Notes: generated by a model from the sequence alone, not told the origin. A DNA stretch of 62,491 nucleotides, filler included, from 9 parts of 9 records of this genome joined end to end with filler, not necessarily neighbours in it, one strand, 5' to 3'; positions 17,820 to 27,682 are shown, counted from the first letter of the whole stretch. Translations and numbers: made by a program.

Positions 17820-19598
17820 CTAGTGTTTTCCGCCGGTGTCGGAACGGGCTTCCATCATCTGTTTTATAAAGTCCAGGTATGGAATTTGCCCTGAAGGCGG
17901 GGACATTGTGGTGACCGTGACGGGACGATAGCCGACTTCCAGGTTATTGCCGCTTAAACGATTTATGCTTTCCCTGAGCCATTGATCGTTGTCGGTATGG
18001 GGATAGTCTTCCCGATAATGAACGCCTCGGCTTTCAGTTCGGGCCAGGGCCGAACGGGTTGCCGCTTCCAGTAACATGATCATGTTGGGCAGTTCCAGGG
18101 CGTCTAACCATTCCTTGTTGTAGGCGGTGTTAGACGAACCGACCGTGAGGTTGGGCAGGTCTTCCCGTTTGGCATGTTCCAGAAGTTCGAGAAGTTCCTT
18201 CAGTTCGTCCTGGTTGCGGATCGGGCCGAGTCTGGCGTGGGCCGCTTCCTGGATACGGCGGCGCACCCGGGCGGGCGAAGATCCTTTTGATCGTTTTAAT
18301 GACTTTTCTGCTTCGGCTTGTAAATCTTTGACGGTTTCCGCATCCGGATCGGTCAAGGAAGCCTGTAAAGCGTAATCGGCGGCAAAGTCGCCGGCGTCGG
18401 CGCCATGCACGAGCATTTCGGTAATGGCGGCAAAAACCCTGTTTGCGCCAAATACCCCCAACGCGCATTCACCGGCGGCGAAAAGGCCTTTAATCGTGCT
18501 TTCAAACTTTTCATTAACCACGATGCCGCCTTCGAAATATTCCACGGCCGGGCCGACTTCCACGGGTTCGTCATCTTTAAGCTTGCGTCCCCATTCGCTG
18601 AGATCGACAGCCTTGTATTTCCATTTTGGAAAGATGATGGATGCGACCATTTCTATGTTTTCCCAGGGAGCGTCGCCCCTTGAATAATAAACGCCGCCGG
18701 AAGGCGTCCCTTTGCCCGCCCTCACCTCTTTAGTGGAAGCATGGGAAAGAAAACTTTTGTTCCACTCCGTGAATGTTCCCTTTTCCACCACGTAAGGGTC
18801 GTATTGCCTTAAAAATTCTTCGCCGTCGCTATTGGTCAGACGGCCTCCCACCAGCAGGCTCATAATATATGGAGCGAGACTGCCGCGCCATATTGGAGGG
18901 TCATAAAATACATTGCAGCAAAAAGTGATGAATTCCATGTTGCCCAGGTCTGCGCCGGCCCTGAGAGCCATGGCTATGCCCTCGCCTGAAAGGTCGCGCA
19001 TGCCCGTATTGGGCCAAAAGGCCTTGTGCCAGCCGCCCGTGGCCATAACCACGGATTTGGCCCGAAAGGTTATGAATTCGCCCGAGCGGATATCCAAAGC
19101 CAGCCCGCCCGTGACCGCGCCGTCCAGAGTGAACAGGTCTAACAGGGCGATGTCTTCCATCAACCTGACTCCAACGGAGCGCGCTTTTTTCAGCAGCGAA
19201 TCCATGATATCGAGGCCGGAAGCAAAGATCATTCTTTCATCGGACAGCTTGATCTTAAGGCCCCAGTCTATTAATTCCCTGAGGCATTGCGGCGCCCGGT
19301 CGATGTACTGCTGCACCAGTTTCTGATTGTTCAGGTAAAGGCCCTGCGTAACGATGTCGTTGAAAACTTTTTCAGGGCTGTCATTGGGATCTCCGGTCAA
19401 GCCCTCGATCTGGCTCATGCTTTTACCGTCCAGGGTAAAATCCGCTCCGGCCATGGGCGAAGCGCCGCATCGAGCCAGCGGACCTTTGCTCAGAAGCGTG
19501 ACTTTGACGCCTTTTTCAGCAGCGCCGATGGCGGCTCGAAACCCTGCCCCGCCGCCTCCGACAACGAGGACGTCGGTGTCCACATAGGTGTTTGTCAT
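17820..19598 (-). CDS. FAD-dependent oxidoreductase, SdhA/FrdA/NadB fold with altered active site
   Basis: DVLVVGGGGAG, MATGG, AAGEC, RTESRGVHYREDYP. Start at ATG 19598 after AAGGAGAG. Confidence 0.88.
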   Translation of the reverse strand: MTNTYVDTDVLVVGGGGAGFRAAIGAAEKGVKVTLLSKGPLARCGASPMAGADFTLDGKSMSQIEGLTGDPNDSPEKVFNDIVTQGLYLNNQKLVQQYIDRAPQCLRELIDWGLKIKLSDERMIFASGLDIMDSLLKKARSVGVRLMEDIALLDLFTLDGAVTGGLALDIRSGEFITFRAKSVVMATGGWHKAFWPNTGMRDLSGEGIAMALRAGADLGNMEFITFCCNVFYDPPIWRGSLAPYIMSLLVGGRLTNSDGEEFLRQYDPYVVEKGTFTEWNKSFLSHASTKEVRAGKGTPSGGVYYSRGDAPWENIEMVASIIFPKWKYKAVDLSEWGRKLKDDEPVEVGPAVEYFEGGIVVNEKFESTIKGLFAAGECALGVFGANRVFAAITEMLVHGADAGDFAADYALQASLTDPDAETVKDLQAEAEKSLKRSKGSSPARVRRRIQEAAHARLGPIRNQDELKELLELLEHAKREDLPNLTVGSSNTAYNKEWLDALELPNMIMLLEAATRSALARTESRGVHYREDYPHTDNDQWLRESINRLSGNNLEVGYRPVTVTTMSPPSGQIPYLDFIKQMMEARSDTGGKH

Positions 19599-19797
19599 TA
19601 ACTCTCTCCTTGTGTTTGAAGCATCATTTTTTCCTTCCGGTTGAACGGCGGTCCTCCAGAGGCGCCCCATTCAGCTTTATTGGGGATGTCTGGAAAAAGC
19701 AGGACTGAGGTCCGACCGGCCGTTTGATGGTTATGAATGCTTTATTATTACGCATTTTTCGATTTCCGACAATTATGATATTCCCGATGCCAAACAT

Positions 19798-19855
19798 AAT
19801 GCGACGTCGCATTCGTTTTGTCAAGAAAAAATCCGACGTCGCATTCGCTTTGACA
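19798..19855. promoter_or_regulatory. Two TetR-type operators overlapping divergent sigma70 promoters
   Basis: Perfect palindrome AATGCGACGTCGCATT (19798-19813) and a one-mismatch copy AATCCGACGTCGCATT (19830-19845). TTGACA on the - strand at 19819-19824 and on the + strand at 19850-19855. Confidence 0.75.
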
Positions 19856-19982
19856 CGACCGGCGGTTTGTAGTATCTATATTAAAGCAAGTATATGATAA
19901 CGGTTGCAGCAGGCAGGATGCGTTAACAGGCGCCCAAAAACACGGCTGCATGATTGAATAGTCCGGGAGGAACGGCATTAAA

Positions 19983-20615
19983 ATGAAAACAAGCGACGAG
20001 GCTTTAAATATTCATGAATTGAAGGAGCCGGTTCAGAAAAGATCCATAGAGACAAGAAATAAAATTGTTGAGGCGGCCCGTTCACTTTTTACAGAACTAG
20101 GATTTGAAGAAACCACCACCCACCTGATAGCCGAGCGCGCCGGCCTTTCCGTAGGAGGCATCTACGCCCATTTTAAAAACAAGGAAATAATCTTTTTATA
20201 CATTTTGGAATTGCGATCCAAAGAAGTTTACCAGGTCACTCTCGAATCCGTCGCAAAAATCCGTAGTGAAAATATGCCGTTGGAGGAAGTCCTGGGATGC
20301 CTTTTCCGAACATGGCACCAGGCCCATATTAAGCATGGAAAGCTGAACCGGGAAATGCAGAAATTCTGCATAATGAATGAAGCAGCGGCAAGGATACACG
20401 ACCACTGGGAAAAAGCCGAGGCTGACGAAGTCCTGTCCCTGTTAAAGGAATATCAGGATGAATTAAAAGTTGATGATATTGATTCTGCCATGATTGTTAT
20501 TGCCAGGGCGACCCACGAGGTATTTCACTATTTATATCGTGAGAGGGAGCGTATCGATGAAATGATCATCCTGGACAGCCTGATAACGATGGTGAAGAAG
20601 TTTTTGATGAATTAG
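19983..20615 (+). CDS. TetR/AcrR family regulator
   Basis: AARSLFTELGFEETTTHLIAERAGLSVGGIYAHFKNKE helix-turn-helix. Confidence 0.95.
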   Translation: MKTSDEALNIHELKEPVQKRSIETRNKIVEAARSLFTELGFEETTTHLIAERAGLSVGGIYAHFKNKEIIFLYILELRSKEVYQVTLESVAKIRSENMPLEEVLGCLFRTWHQAHIKHGKLNREMQKFCIMNEAAARIHDHWEKAEADEVLSLLKEYQDELKVDDIDSAMIVIARATHEVFHYLYRERERIDEMIILDSLITMVKKFLMN

Positions 20616-20693
20616 CGCCCGGCCATAAATGCTTCTTTTTCCCTATATCTTTCCGTCAAGGGCGGATAAATATCGAGTCCAAATCTAATCTTT

Positions 20694-21567
20694 TTATTCC
20701 ATCTTTTCGTCCAGAACCTCTCTGACTTTCTTAAGCATATCCACCAAACGGTAAGGCTTGCTGATAAATCCCCTGGCTCCGTCTTCGAGGGTCTTTTCCA
20801 TGGGCCCCTTGGCGGAATAGCCGCTCGCGATAATAATATCGGCATCGGGATTGATTTCGAGAAGCGCCTTGAGGCATCTGTGCCCGCCCATGCCGGGCAT
20901 TCCCAGATCAAGGATAGTGAGATCGATGTTTTTCATTTGTTCCCTGTATAGATCGACGGCCTTTTCCCCGCTATTGACCGCTAGGGTAGTATAACCATTT
21001 GCTCCTAGTATATCCTGAGCCATCTCCAAAATCGCGGTTTCGTCATCAACCAGCAAAATCGTCTCATTTCCGCCAAGGATTTCACTTGGAGGCTCAGGGA
21101 TGGCGGCTGCCTCGAAGTCTTGGACATTTATGCCATGCAGATAAACCTTAAACGTCGTCCCTAACCCCGGTTCGCTATAGCATGTTATATGTCCTCCGTG
21201 GCGCTTCACAACACCATAAACCGTTGCCAGTCCGAGGCCCGTCCCTTCTCCAACGCCTTTTGTAGTGAAGAACGGCTCAAAAATATGTCGGACCGTTTCC
21301 TGGTCCATTCCATGGCCCGAATCCGAGACTTGAAGGAGGATATATTCTCCCGGTGTTACTTCCAGGCGGCCCTTGCAATAATATTCATCTAGGGTAATAT
21401 TTTTAGTCTCTATAACCAACCGCCCTCCGCCAGGCATGGCATCCTTGGCGTTGATTCCAAGATTCATGATTATCTGTTCCAGTTGGGTCGGATCTCCATT
21501 AACCAGCATAAGGTCCTGCGTCAAGTCGGCTTCAATGCTGATCATTTTAGGGATAATTCTCTCCAGT
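20694..21567 (-). CDS. Hybrid sensor histidine kinase (HATPase + receiver), 5' end cut by gap
   Basis: NLGINAKDAM, DSGHGM, FEPFFTTK, GTGLGL; receiver ILLVDDE...LDLGMP...KP. Confidence 0.93.
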
Positions 21568-21667
21568 NNNNNNNNNNNNNNNNNNNNNNNNNNNNNNNNN
21601 NNNNNNNNNNNTTAATTAATTAANNNNNNNNNNNNNNNNNNNNNNNNNNNNNNNNNNNNNNNNNNNN

Positions 21668-22301
21668 CCGCATCAAGCGTCTCGTTTACGCCCTGAATGA
21701 TCCGCTGATAGTTCCCTTTGAAGTTGTTGATATCGGCCCGGGTATCCAATTTGCCTTCAACCGCGGCTGTTACTAATTTAAGGACCCCATCCGTGACCTC
21801 CATTTCTTTGCTTATGTCAAGGACATACTCAAGAGCTCCCACGATATTGCCGTTTTCTTTGATAGGGGCGCCGGTGTAACGTATGGGTAGTTCGCCGGCG
21901 GGAAGCCTGGCAACGGTGTCATTGGTGAAAATACCATCCTGTTGCATCGCCTTTGCCACCTGACAGTCGGGTGTATTACAGTGTTCCGTATTAAACAAGC
22001 TGAAACACTTCTGCCCCACACACATCTCCCTAGTCCTTCCGACCGCCTTGGCCCCGACCTCGTTCATATAGGTAACATTAAACTCCCTGTCCACCGCCAT
22101 AACCGGCGTCGGGATGATATCCAACAACCCTGCCCTTGCCTCACACGCCTCAAGGGCCGCCTGGATCTTGTCCGTATCCCCGGCTGAACTTGCCCCCTCT
22201 TCCGCTTGGGGCGCCGCTCCGTTTTTTTCTTCCCCACTCGGGTTGCTGTCCGGATCTGGAACCGAGCTTTCAAAGATGCTTTTACTTATCTTGCTTTCCA
22301 T
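21668..22301 (-). CDS. PAS(-HAMP) methyl-accepting chemotaxis protein, N-terminal part, cut by gap
   Basis: PAS domain (IPTPVMAVDREFNVTYMN) followed by HAMP-like AVEGKLDTRAD...YQRIIQGVNETLDA. Confidence 0.8.
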
Positions 22302-22325
22302 GATTCAATTCTCCTTTTATTCTTG

Positions 22326-23153
22326 CTATGGTTTAGGAACTCTCCTACCTTTTTTTGGCTGATCCATTAAACCGACCCTCTCTTCATCCATGCCGCAACG
22401 CGCAATTACTTCGCTTGCCAACATGCCATACAACTTGGCCCCTCGGCATTTTGGAGCAAAATCAAAGACACTCTTCCCGTATGCGGGTGCTTCTCCCAAC
22501 CTCACGTCCCTTCTGATCTCCGTTTCAAACACCCGGCTCCCATAGTGCCCGCGTATCAGGCCGTTAATCTCTCTCGATATTTTCAAAGAAGGATTTACAA
22601 GGGTGAGGACAATCCCAAGCAACCCGGTCCGAACCCCCATGCCCGTTTTCATTCTATCGATCCCATTCATCAGGCCTATCAACCCCTCCAATGCAAGATA
22701 TTCAGCGGTAACGGGCACCATGTAATAGTCGGCGGCAACCAGCGCATTCATGGACAGCATTGACAGGGAAGGCGCGCAATCAAAAATAATAAAATCATAT
22801 TTTGCCTTCACGCGATTCAAACATTCCGAGAGCTTTTTTTCACGGCCCGGAACATCCGCCAAAACCAGATCCGTGTTGGCCAATTCCATCTGCCCCGTCA
22901 ACAGATCCAGGCCGGGAACACCGCATGGTCTTATGGCCTCTTCCACATCAATCGATCCAAAAAGGAGATGCGCCGTGGAAGGGGCCAGGTCATTTCTCCC
23001 GATGCCGAGGGAAAGAGAAGCGGAAGCCTGTGAATCCAGATCCACCAAAAGAACCGCATACCCTGAACCTGCGAGGGCGGCGGAAAGATTGACACAGGTT
23101 GTTGTCTTTCCCGTACCGCCCTTGTTGTTAATAACCGCAACAATCATAAGCAT
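22326..23153 (-). CDS. ParA/Soj family ATPase
   Basis: NKGGTGKTTT, DLDSQAS, DCAPSL, EAPAYGK. Confidence 0.92.
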   Translation of the reverse strand: MLMIVAVINNKGGTGKTTTCVNLSAALAGSGYAVLLVDLDSQASASLSLGIGRNDLAPSTAHLLFGSIDVEEAIRPCGVPGLDLLTGQMELANTDLVLADVPGREKKLSECLNRVKAKYDFIIFDCAPSLSMLSMNALVAADYYMVPVTAEYLALEGLIGLMNGIDRMKTGMGVRTGLLGIVLTLVNPSLKISREINGLIRGHYGSRVFETEIRRDVRLGEAPAYGKSVFDFAPKCRGAKLYGMLASEVIARCGMDEERVGLMDQPKKGRRVPKP

Positions 23154-23214
23154 CTCCCCATTGATAATACGGTTTGCCCGTGGTGCACTTCATGACCCGA
23201 CCACTCCGCCCATT

Positions 23215-23529
23215 TCAAGTTCCGAATTTCCAGATGCCGTCCCCCTGATCCATGAAGCCCATTTTCTCCCAGAATCCCACCGCCGTGAATCGCACCCTGT
23301 CCGCGGTAATGGTGTCGAACTTTTCCTTAAACATGGCAATCGTTGCTTTGGCATAACCCTCTCTTTCAAACTCGGGAAATATATTGATGGAGAAGATCGT
23401 AAGGGACTTGCCGTTAATACATCCCCTGACCTTGCCCACCCTGGCATCACCGAGATCAATATTCATCCAGTCATAGCAGGAGTGTTGCTTTTCCTTAGGT
23501 ATTATTTTAAAGGTCAGTTCCTTATCCAC
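23215..23529 (-). CDS. Small GNAT-like acetyltransferase
   Basis: INIFPEFEREGYAK (motif A) and AVGFWEKMGF (motif B); GTG start after GGAGAG. Confidence 0.65.
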   Translation of the reverse strand: MDKELTFKIIPKEKQHSCYDWMNIDLGDARVGKVRGCINGKSLTIFSINIFPEFEREGYAKATIAMFKEKFDTITADRVRFTAVGFWEKMGFMDQGDGIWKFGT

Positions 23530-23548
23530 GTCTCTCCGTCGGATACCG

Positions 23549-24199
23549 CTACTCGCATACATCCGTTTTGCCCATTAAAGAATCGATCATTCGACGATCC
23601 CAATATTCCACGCTCTTTTTGACATTTCTTAAGGTGTTTCGCAGTATCCGGTTGCAGTTCTTGGACAATGGTCCTCCGTGACCAAAATAGATTTTCCGAA
23701 TATCCTTCCGGCAAAGTTTTTCCAACCCATGAATGTACCCCTTCTCATAGGTCCCCCCCACGGATTGGATTATCAGCGCAGTATCCCCCGCAAAAAGGGT
23801 TTGTTCTTCTTCGCAGTAAAGGCAAATGGAGTCATGGCTGTGCCCCGGAGTGTGTATGACCTCGAACATCCTGTCGCCGAGTTTCAAGTTCTCCCCACCC
23901 TTTAAAATGTGGTCCACACCCGCCAATGAACGTGAAAACCCATAGACAACCGGATGAAAGGCCTCACGAATCAAGGACAAATTTTCAGCGTGGTCATAAT
24001 GGCTGTGCGTCAGCACCACCTTCTCGACTCTCTGTTTACCCACACCGGTTCCGGCCTCATATATTTTTTCCATGATTAAAGGATCTCTACCCACATCAAC
24101 CAAGCTGTTGGCATCACTTATGGCATTGTTTGTTCCAAGGACAAGGTGCGCATTGGCCGTATACATCCGGCTGCCATCAGCGAGATTCAATATCACCAC
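23549..24199 (-). CDS. MBL-fold metallo-hydrolase
   Basis: THSHYDH, HTPGHS, FAGD, FGHG. Confidence 0.9.
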   Translation of the reverse strand: MVILNLADGSRMYTANAHLVLGTNNAISDANSLVDVGRDPLIMEKIYEAGTGVGKQRVEKVVLTHSHYDHAENLSLIREAFHPVVYGFSRSLAGVDHILKGGENLKLGDRMFEVIHTPGHSHDSICLYCEEEQTLFAGDTALIIQSVGGTYEKGYIHGLEKLCRKDIRKIYFGHGGPLSKNCNRILRNTLRNVKKSVEYWDRRMIDSLMGKTDVCE

Positions 24200-24244
24200 A
24201 ATCAAATCCTCCGGCCCCGTTTGAGGGCCATCAATTTCCGGTTT

Positions 24245-24847
24245 TCAGTTCACCTTACGAAACAACTGTGCATTGGACACCACCGGCTCAAACAAACCGG
24301 CCACCTGCCGTGGCATTTTCTGGGTCTGCTCGGTCACGAAAAAGCCCTTATCCGAGAGGCAACGGTGAAACATCTTAATCACCTCGATGCGTTCTTTCTC
24401 CTTGAAATGCAAAAGGACGTTTTTACAGACAATGAGCCCCAGGTCATTCCGGATCGGTTTCAGACTCAGCAGATCGTGCGTCTGGTACTCGACACATCTT
24501 CGCAGTTCCTTTGCCACAAGAAAATGACCGGGGCTTCCGTTTTTGTTGAAGTACTTCTCAAATATGGGTTTGGGGATTCTCTTGACCTGTTCCTCCGGAT
24601 AGATGCCGTTGGTGACAATTTCGCCGAAATGCCCGCTCTCATCGATATCGGTGGCGTATATTTTGACATTTCCGAAAGTAGCGCCCATGTTCTCCCTCAG
24701 GATAATGGCCAGGGTGTACGGTTCAGGCCCCATGGCGCACCCGGCATCCCAGATACGGATGTATCTGCGTGACCGCAACGTGGGTATGACATGGTCGCGG
24801 ACCATCTCCAGGGTTTGTACGTCTCTAAAAAAATAGGTAAAGGCCAT
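24245..24847 (-). CDS. cheR: Short CheR-type methyltransferase (catalytic domain only)
   Basis: TYFFRD, IWDAGCAMGPEPYTLA, ATDID, DLL, CKNVLLHF; only 200 aa. Confidence 0.85.
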   Translation of the reverse strand: MAFTYFFRDVQTLEMVRDHVIPTLRSRRYIRIWDAGCAMGPEPYTLAIILRENMGATFGNVKIYATDIDESGHFGEIVTNGIYPEEQVKRIPKPIFEKYFNKNGSPGHFLVAKELRRCVEYQTHDLLSLKPIRNDLGLIVCKNVLLHFKEKERIEVIKMFHRCLSDKGFFVTEQTQKMPRQVAGLFEPVVSNAQLFRKVN

Positions 24848-26947
24848 TTAGGCATCCTCCTCACGACGGGCGAGTTGAAGCAATCCCTGGACATCCACGA
24901 TAAGGGCCACGGTCCCATCTCCCAAAATGGTTGCACCGGAAACCCCATCCGCATCCTCGTAAACCCTGCCGAGGGATTTGATCACGGTCTGGTGATCTCC
25001 CACGACCCTGTCCACCACGATACCGACGCGAAAACCATCCGCCTGTACAATGGCAATCTCCTCTATGGCCGGCGGCCTGCCGGAAATGACGAATACATCA
25101 CGCAGCCGGATAAAGGAGATCAACTCCCCCCTTACCGGGATCATGTTTCGACCGTGGGTCATGGCGGCTTGGGCCGCTCCCAGCTCCACGCACTCCTCCA
25201 CCAGGGCCAGGGGCAACACAAAACTGCGGCCCGCAACTTCCACCATCAGCCCATCTATAATGGCGAGGGTGAGCGGCAGGGAAAGGGTAATGCAGGTCCC
25301 GTTTCCCTTTTCACCGGCAATCTGAATCGCCCCCCTTAAAGAATCGATCTCCCGTTTCACCACATCCATGCCCACGCCCCGGCCCGAGACCTTTGTCACC
25401 TCTTTTGCGGTGGAAAAACCGGGGATGAGGATCTGGGCGAAGATTTCCTTGTCGGACAGCCTGGCATCGGCGGAAATCAACCCTTTTTCCAAGGCCCTTT
25501 CCCGAATGCGTTCCCTGTCCAGGCCCCTGCCGTCGTCTTCGATCTTGATGACCACCTCGGCACCCCTGTGAGCCGCCGACAGGCGGATGGTTCCCTTTGG
25601 CGGTTTTCCGGCCTTTACCCGTTCATCAGGTCCTTCAATGCCGTGGTCTATACTGTTCCGGATGAGGTGCACCAGGGGATCGCCCAGACGTTCAATGACG
25701 GTCTTGTCCAATTCCGTTTCCCCCCCATGGGTGACCAGGTCGATCTCTTTACCCAGTTCGGCGGATAGGTCCCGGACCAGACGCCTGAATCTGCTGAAGG
25801 TGGTCCCGATGGGGAGCATACGGATGTTGAGCACGCAATCTCGCAGTTCCGCGGTGAGACGTTCCACCTCTTCAACGGGACCCGCCAGTTCAATATCATT
25901 TACGGCCGCGGCCACCTGGGAGAGTCGGGCCTGGGTAATGACCACCTCGCCCACGAGGTTGATGAGATTATCCAGTTTGTCGGAAGGAACGCGGACACTT
26001 GCGGTCCTCGCCGCCGCCTTTCGTTTATTGATGCTGGCCTGCTCGTTTAAGGCCGATTCCACCTTGTCTTGGGATACGGCGCCGGACTCCACCAGCAACT
26101 GACCGATCTTCTTCTGGCGGTCCACAACCTCCTTGACGGCACCCGCCGTGACATGGCCCCGTTCGACCAGGATATCGCCTAACCTGGGAGAAAAACCGTC
26201 AACCTCCCGTACCGTTTCATCTTTAACGGCCTTGATGCTGACCTGGCTCTCTTCCTCAACAAAGATAAAGACATCCTTAATGGCATCGATCCCCTTATGG
26301 GTGGTGAGAATAATATCCCAGGAAAGATGGCACTCCTCCGGATTGAGTTCCTCCAGAGGAGGGACGGCGTCGGTCTGGGCCACAATTTTGCACTCGCCAA
26401 GGGCGCGCAGTTCATCCAGAAGGAGGGCCGGGTCCATGCCCGATGCAAAAATACCGGGGTGCGGACAAAATCCGATCCGGTAGATCATATTCCGAGCCTC
26501 CCCTTCTATCCCGGGCCGGACCGTTTCCTCCGTTCCCGGGCGAGTCTCGCCCGTTTCTTCCGCCTTCGGCAACAGGGCTTTTAATGAAGCAACAATCTTG
26601 TTGCGAACCGCCTCGCCGACTTCAGCACCACCGTTGGGCACATCCAGCATCCCCTTTATCTGGTCGCATGCGGCAAGGATCAGATTGATGAGTTCCTTGC
26701 TTACGGATACGGCCCCATCCCGGACCCGGTCAAGGACCGTCTCCACATGATGGCTGAACCGGGCGATGTCGTCGAATCCAAACATGGCCCCGGAGCCTTT
26801 AATGGTGTGGATTGCACGGAACAGACGGTTGACGGACTCTTCATCCTCGGGGTTCTGTTCGATATCGAGAATGGCTTCCTCGATATCAACCAGAAGCTCT
26901 TCGGCCTCCTGCCTGTATGTTTCAATATGCCGACTCGATTCATTCAT
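24848..26947 (-). CDS. cheA: Chemotaxis histidine kinase CheA with internal MshEN-like motif
   Basis: P1 HTIKGSG, HLIRNSIDHGIE, DDGRG, SGRGVGMDVV and a C-terminal CheW-like domain. Confidence 0.96.
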   Translation of the reverse strand: MNESSRHIETYRQEAEELLVDIEEAILDIEQNPEDEESVNRLFRAIHTIKGSGAMFGFDDIARFSHHVETVLDRVRDGAVSVSKELINLILAACDQIKGMLDVPNGGAEVGEAVRNKIVASLKALLPKAEETGETRPGTEETVRPGIEGEARNMIYRIGFCPHPGIFASGMDPALLLDELRALGECKIVAQTDAVPPLEELNPEECHLSWDIILTTHKGIDAIKDVFIFVEEESQVSIKAVKDETVREVDGFSPRLGDILVERGHVTAGAVKEVVDRQKKIGQLLVESGAVSQDKVESALNEQASINKRKAAARTASVRVPSDKLDNLINLVGEVVITQARLSQVAAAVNDIELAGPVEEVERLTAELRDCVLNIRMLPIGTTFSRFRRLVRDLSAELGKEIDLVTHGGETELDKTVIERLGDPLVHLIRNSIDHGIEGPDERVKAGKPPKGTIRLSAAHRGAEVVIKIEDDGRGLDRERIRERALEKGLISADARLSDKEIFAQILIPGFSTAKEVTKVSGRGVGMDVVKREIDSLRGAIQIAGEKGNGTCITLSLPLTLAIIDGLMVEVAGRSFVLPLALVEECVELGAAQAAMTHGRNMIPVRGELISFIRLRDVFVISGRPPAIEEIAIVQADGFRVGIVVDRVVGDHQTVIKSLGRVYEDADGVSGATILGDGTVALIVDVQGLLQLARREEDA

Positions 26948-26974
26948 TCTTTCCCGCCCTTTTTTGTGTGTTGC

Positions 26975-27340
26975 TTAACGGAGCACCTTTTTCACCACCG
27001 CAAGCAGTTGCTCGGGCTTGAAGGGTTTGACGATCCAACCTGTGGCCCCGGCTGTTTTTCCTTCCATTTTCTTTGATGCCTGGGATTCGGTGGTCAACAT
27101 AATAATCGGAATAAACTTGAATTGCGCCTGGGCGCGGACCTGCCTGATCAATTCAATCCCATCCATGTTCGGCATATTGAGGTCGGTGAGGAGCATATGC
27201 ACCGCAGTGCCGGTAAGCCTTTTCAGCGCGTCCCGGCCGTCTACCGCTTCCACCACTTCATAGCCGGCCTGCTTCAATGTAAAGCTGACCATCTGTCTTA
27301 TACTGGCCGAGTCGTCGGCAGTCATAATGATCTTACCCAT
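26975..27340 (-). CDS. cheY: Chemotaxis response regulator CheY
   Basis: ADDS, TDLNMPNMDG, LTTES, WIVKPF; ATG 27340 after AGGAGG. Confidence 0.92.
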   Translation of the reverse strand: MGKIIMTADDSASIRQMVSFTLKQAGYEVVEAVDGRDALKRLTGTAVHMLLTDLNMPNMDGIELIRQVRAQAQFKFIPIIMLTTESQASKKMEGKTAGATGWIVKPFKPEQLLAVVKKVLR

Positions 27341-27656
27341 TGGATACCTCCTTACCGGCATCAAGCAACTCTTCGCTGTTTAGTCCCCCCATAAAGACAG
27401 CCTCTAACACGGGGCCGGACGCACCTGTAACAACAAAGGCCTTGCCTGCAAGCGCTGCCGTCTTACGGGCCGAGCAGAGGAGTTGAATGCCCGCGGTATC
27501 GCAATCGGTCACACCGTCGACTTCGAGGGTCAAATCCTCATACCTGTCCAGACACACCATCAACTCCTCGTGAAGGGGTGTGATTTCATACAATGAAATG
27601 GGGCCCTCGATCTTCAAAAGGGCGTGTCCATCCTTATCTTGTCGCGTAAAAGCCAT
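27333..27656 (-). CDS. STAS domain protein
   Basis: VTDCDTAGIQLL STAS signature; typical position before cheY. Confidence 0.85.
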   Translation of the reverse strand: MAFTRQDKDGHALLKIEGPISLYEITPLHEELMVCLDRYEDLTLEVDGVTDCDTAGIQLLCSARKTAALAGKAFVVTGASGPVLEAVFMGGLNSEELLDAGKEVSNG

Positions 27657-27682
27657 AATGATTCCTAAACTGAGATATAAAT

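Noticed and set aside
17820-19598. Calling the flavoprotein sdhA, frdA or nadB
   Set aside because: The catalytic His motifs are replaced and no membrane anchor subunits are present
22326-23153. ParA as evidence of a plasmid or chromosome partition locus
   Set aside because: No parB or parS; it is embedded in a che operon
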